This document shows, one piece after another, positions 63,045 through 64,000 of a stretch of DNA of 64,000 nt. The notes under the pieces are model-generated. The model was not told where the DNA came from. It saw only the letters and a list, made by a program, of their open reading frames with translations, and searched no databases. The DNA is taken from NCBI GenBank assembly GCA_002269645.1, contig NIVC01002699.1:72791-136790 (forward strand). Direction: 5' to 3'. How positions within the stretch are numbered: the stretch's first letter is position 1; each line of letters opens with the position of its first letter. This DNA comes from Macrostomum lignano (Eukaryota). The position numbers were made by a program, and so were the translations under genes.

Positions 63045-64000
63045 GCACGTGTCTATGCGACCGTGTGTCTATGCGACCGTGTGTCTATGCGACCGTGTCT
63101 CTATGCGAACATGTGTCTATGCGACCGTGTGTCTATGCGACCGTGTGTCTATGCGACCGTGTCTCTATGCGAACATGTGTCTATGCGACCGTGTGTCTAT
63201 GCGACCGTGTCTCTATGCGAACATGTGTCTATGCGACCGTGTGTCTATGCGAACATGTGTCTATGCGACCGTGTGTCTATGCGAACATGTGTCTATGCGA
63301 CCGTGTGTCTATGCGAACATGTGTCTATGCGACCGTGTGTCTTATGCGACCGTGTGTCTATGCGAACATGTGTCTATGCGACCGTGTGTCTATGCGAGCG
63401 TGTGTCTATGCGAACATGTGTCTATGCGACCGTGTGTCTATGCGAGCGTGTGTCTATGCGAGCGTGTGTCTATGCGACCGTGTGTCTTATGCGACCGTGT
63501 GTCTATGCGAACATGTGTCTATGCGACCGTGTGTCTATGCGAGCGTGTGTCTATGCGACCGTGTGTCTATGCGAGCGTGTGTCTATGCGAGCGTGTGTCT
63601 ATGCGAACATGTGTCTATGCGAGCGTGTGTCTATGCGAGCGTGTGTCTATGCGAGCGTGTGTCTATGCGAGCGTGTGTCTATGCGAGCGTGTGTCTATGC
63701 GAGCGTGTGTCTGTGCGAGCGTGTCTATGCGAGCGTGTGTCTATGCGACCGTGTGTCTATGCGAGCGTGTGTCTATGCGAGCGTGTGTCTATGCGAGCGT
63801 GTGTCTATGCGAGCGTGTGTCTATGCGAGCGTGTGTCTATGCGAGCGTGTGTCTATGCGAGCGTGTGTCTATGCGAGCGTGTGTCTATGCGAGCGTGTGT
63901 CTATGCGAGCGTGTGGTCTATGCGAGCGTGTGTCTATGCAGCGTGTGTCTATGCGAGCGTGTGTCTATTGCGAGCGTGTGTCTATGCGACCGTGTGTCTA
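63045..64000. repeat. 16-bp minisatellite (GTGTGTCTATGCGASC)n in an EVC2-like intron, running off the window end
   Basis: Directly visible. Confidence 0.95.

Overview
Eukaryotic, intron-containing and extremely tandem-repeat-rich genomic DNA. There is no prokaryotic feature and no CRISPR array. The combination of a different minisatellite in almost every intron, GC-rich exons and a multi-cadherin gene fits a free-living flatworm such as Macrostomum, but that assignment is inference only. Five protein-coding genes were reconstructed by hand from GT-AG boundaries with consistent phase. (1) The 3' part of a Rab26/37-like GTPase (+) with an unusual DTAGTE G3 motif. (2) An uncharacterised coiled-coil protein (-). 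(3) An 8-exon protocadherin with 7 cadherin repeats (-) and two 1-bp frameshifts. (4) A 2-exon secreted, probably GPI-anchored Ig-domain protein (-). (5) The 3' ~1000 codons of an EVC2/limbin-like protein (-). There is also one tRNA-Arg(TCG). Three well-delimited mobile elements are present: a 2.2-kb element with 21-bp TIRs and an 8-bp TSD that carries a truncated THAP transposase gene plus a divergent tyrosine-recombinase-like (DUF3504/Crypton-like) remnant; a 2.4-kb solo LTR with a 4-bp TSD; and a frameshifted piggyBac that has lost its outer left TIR. Most long ORFs in the supplied track are translations of tandem repeats. All homology calls come from motif recognition and recalled sequences; no database search was run.
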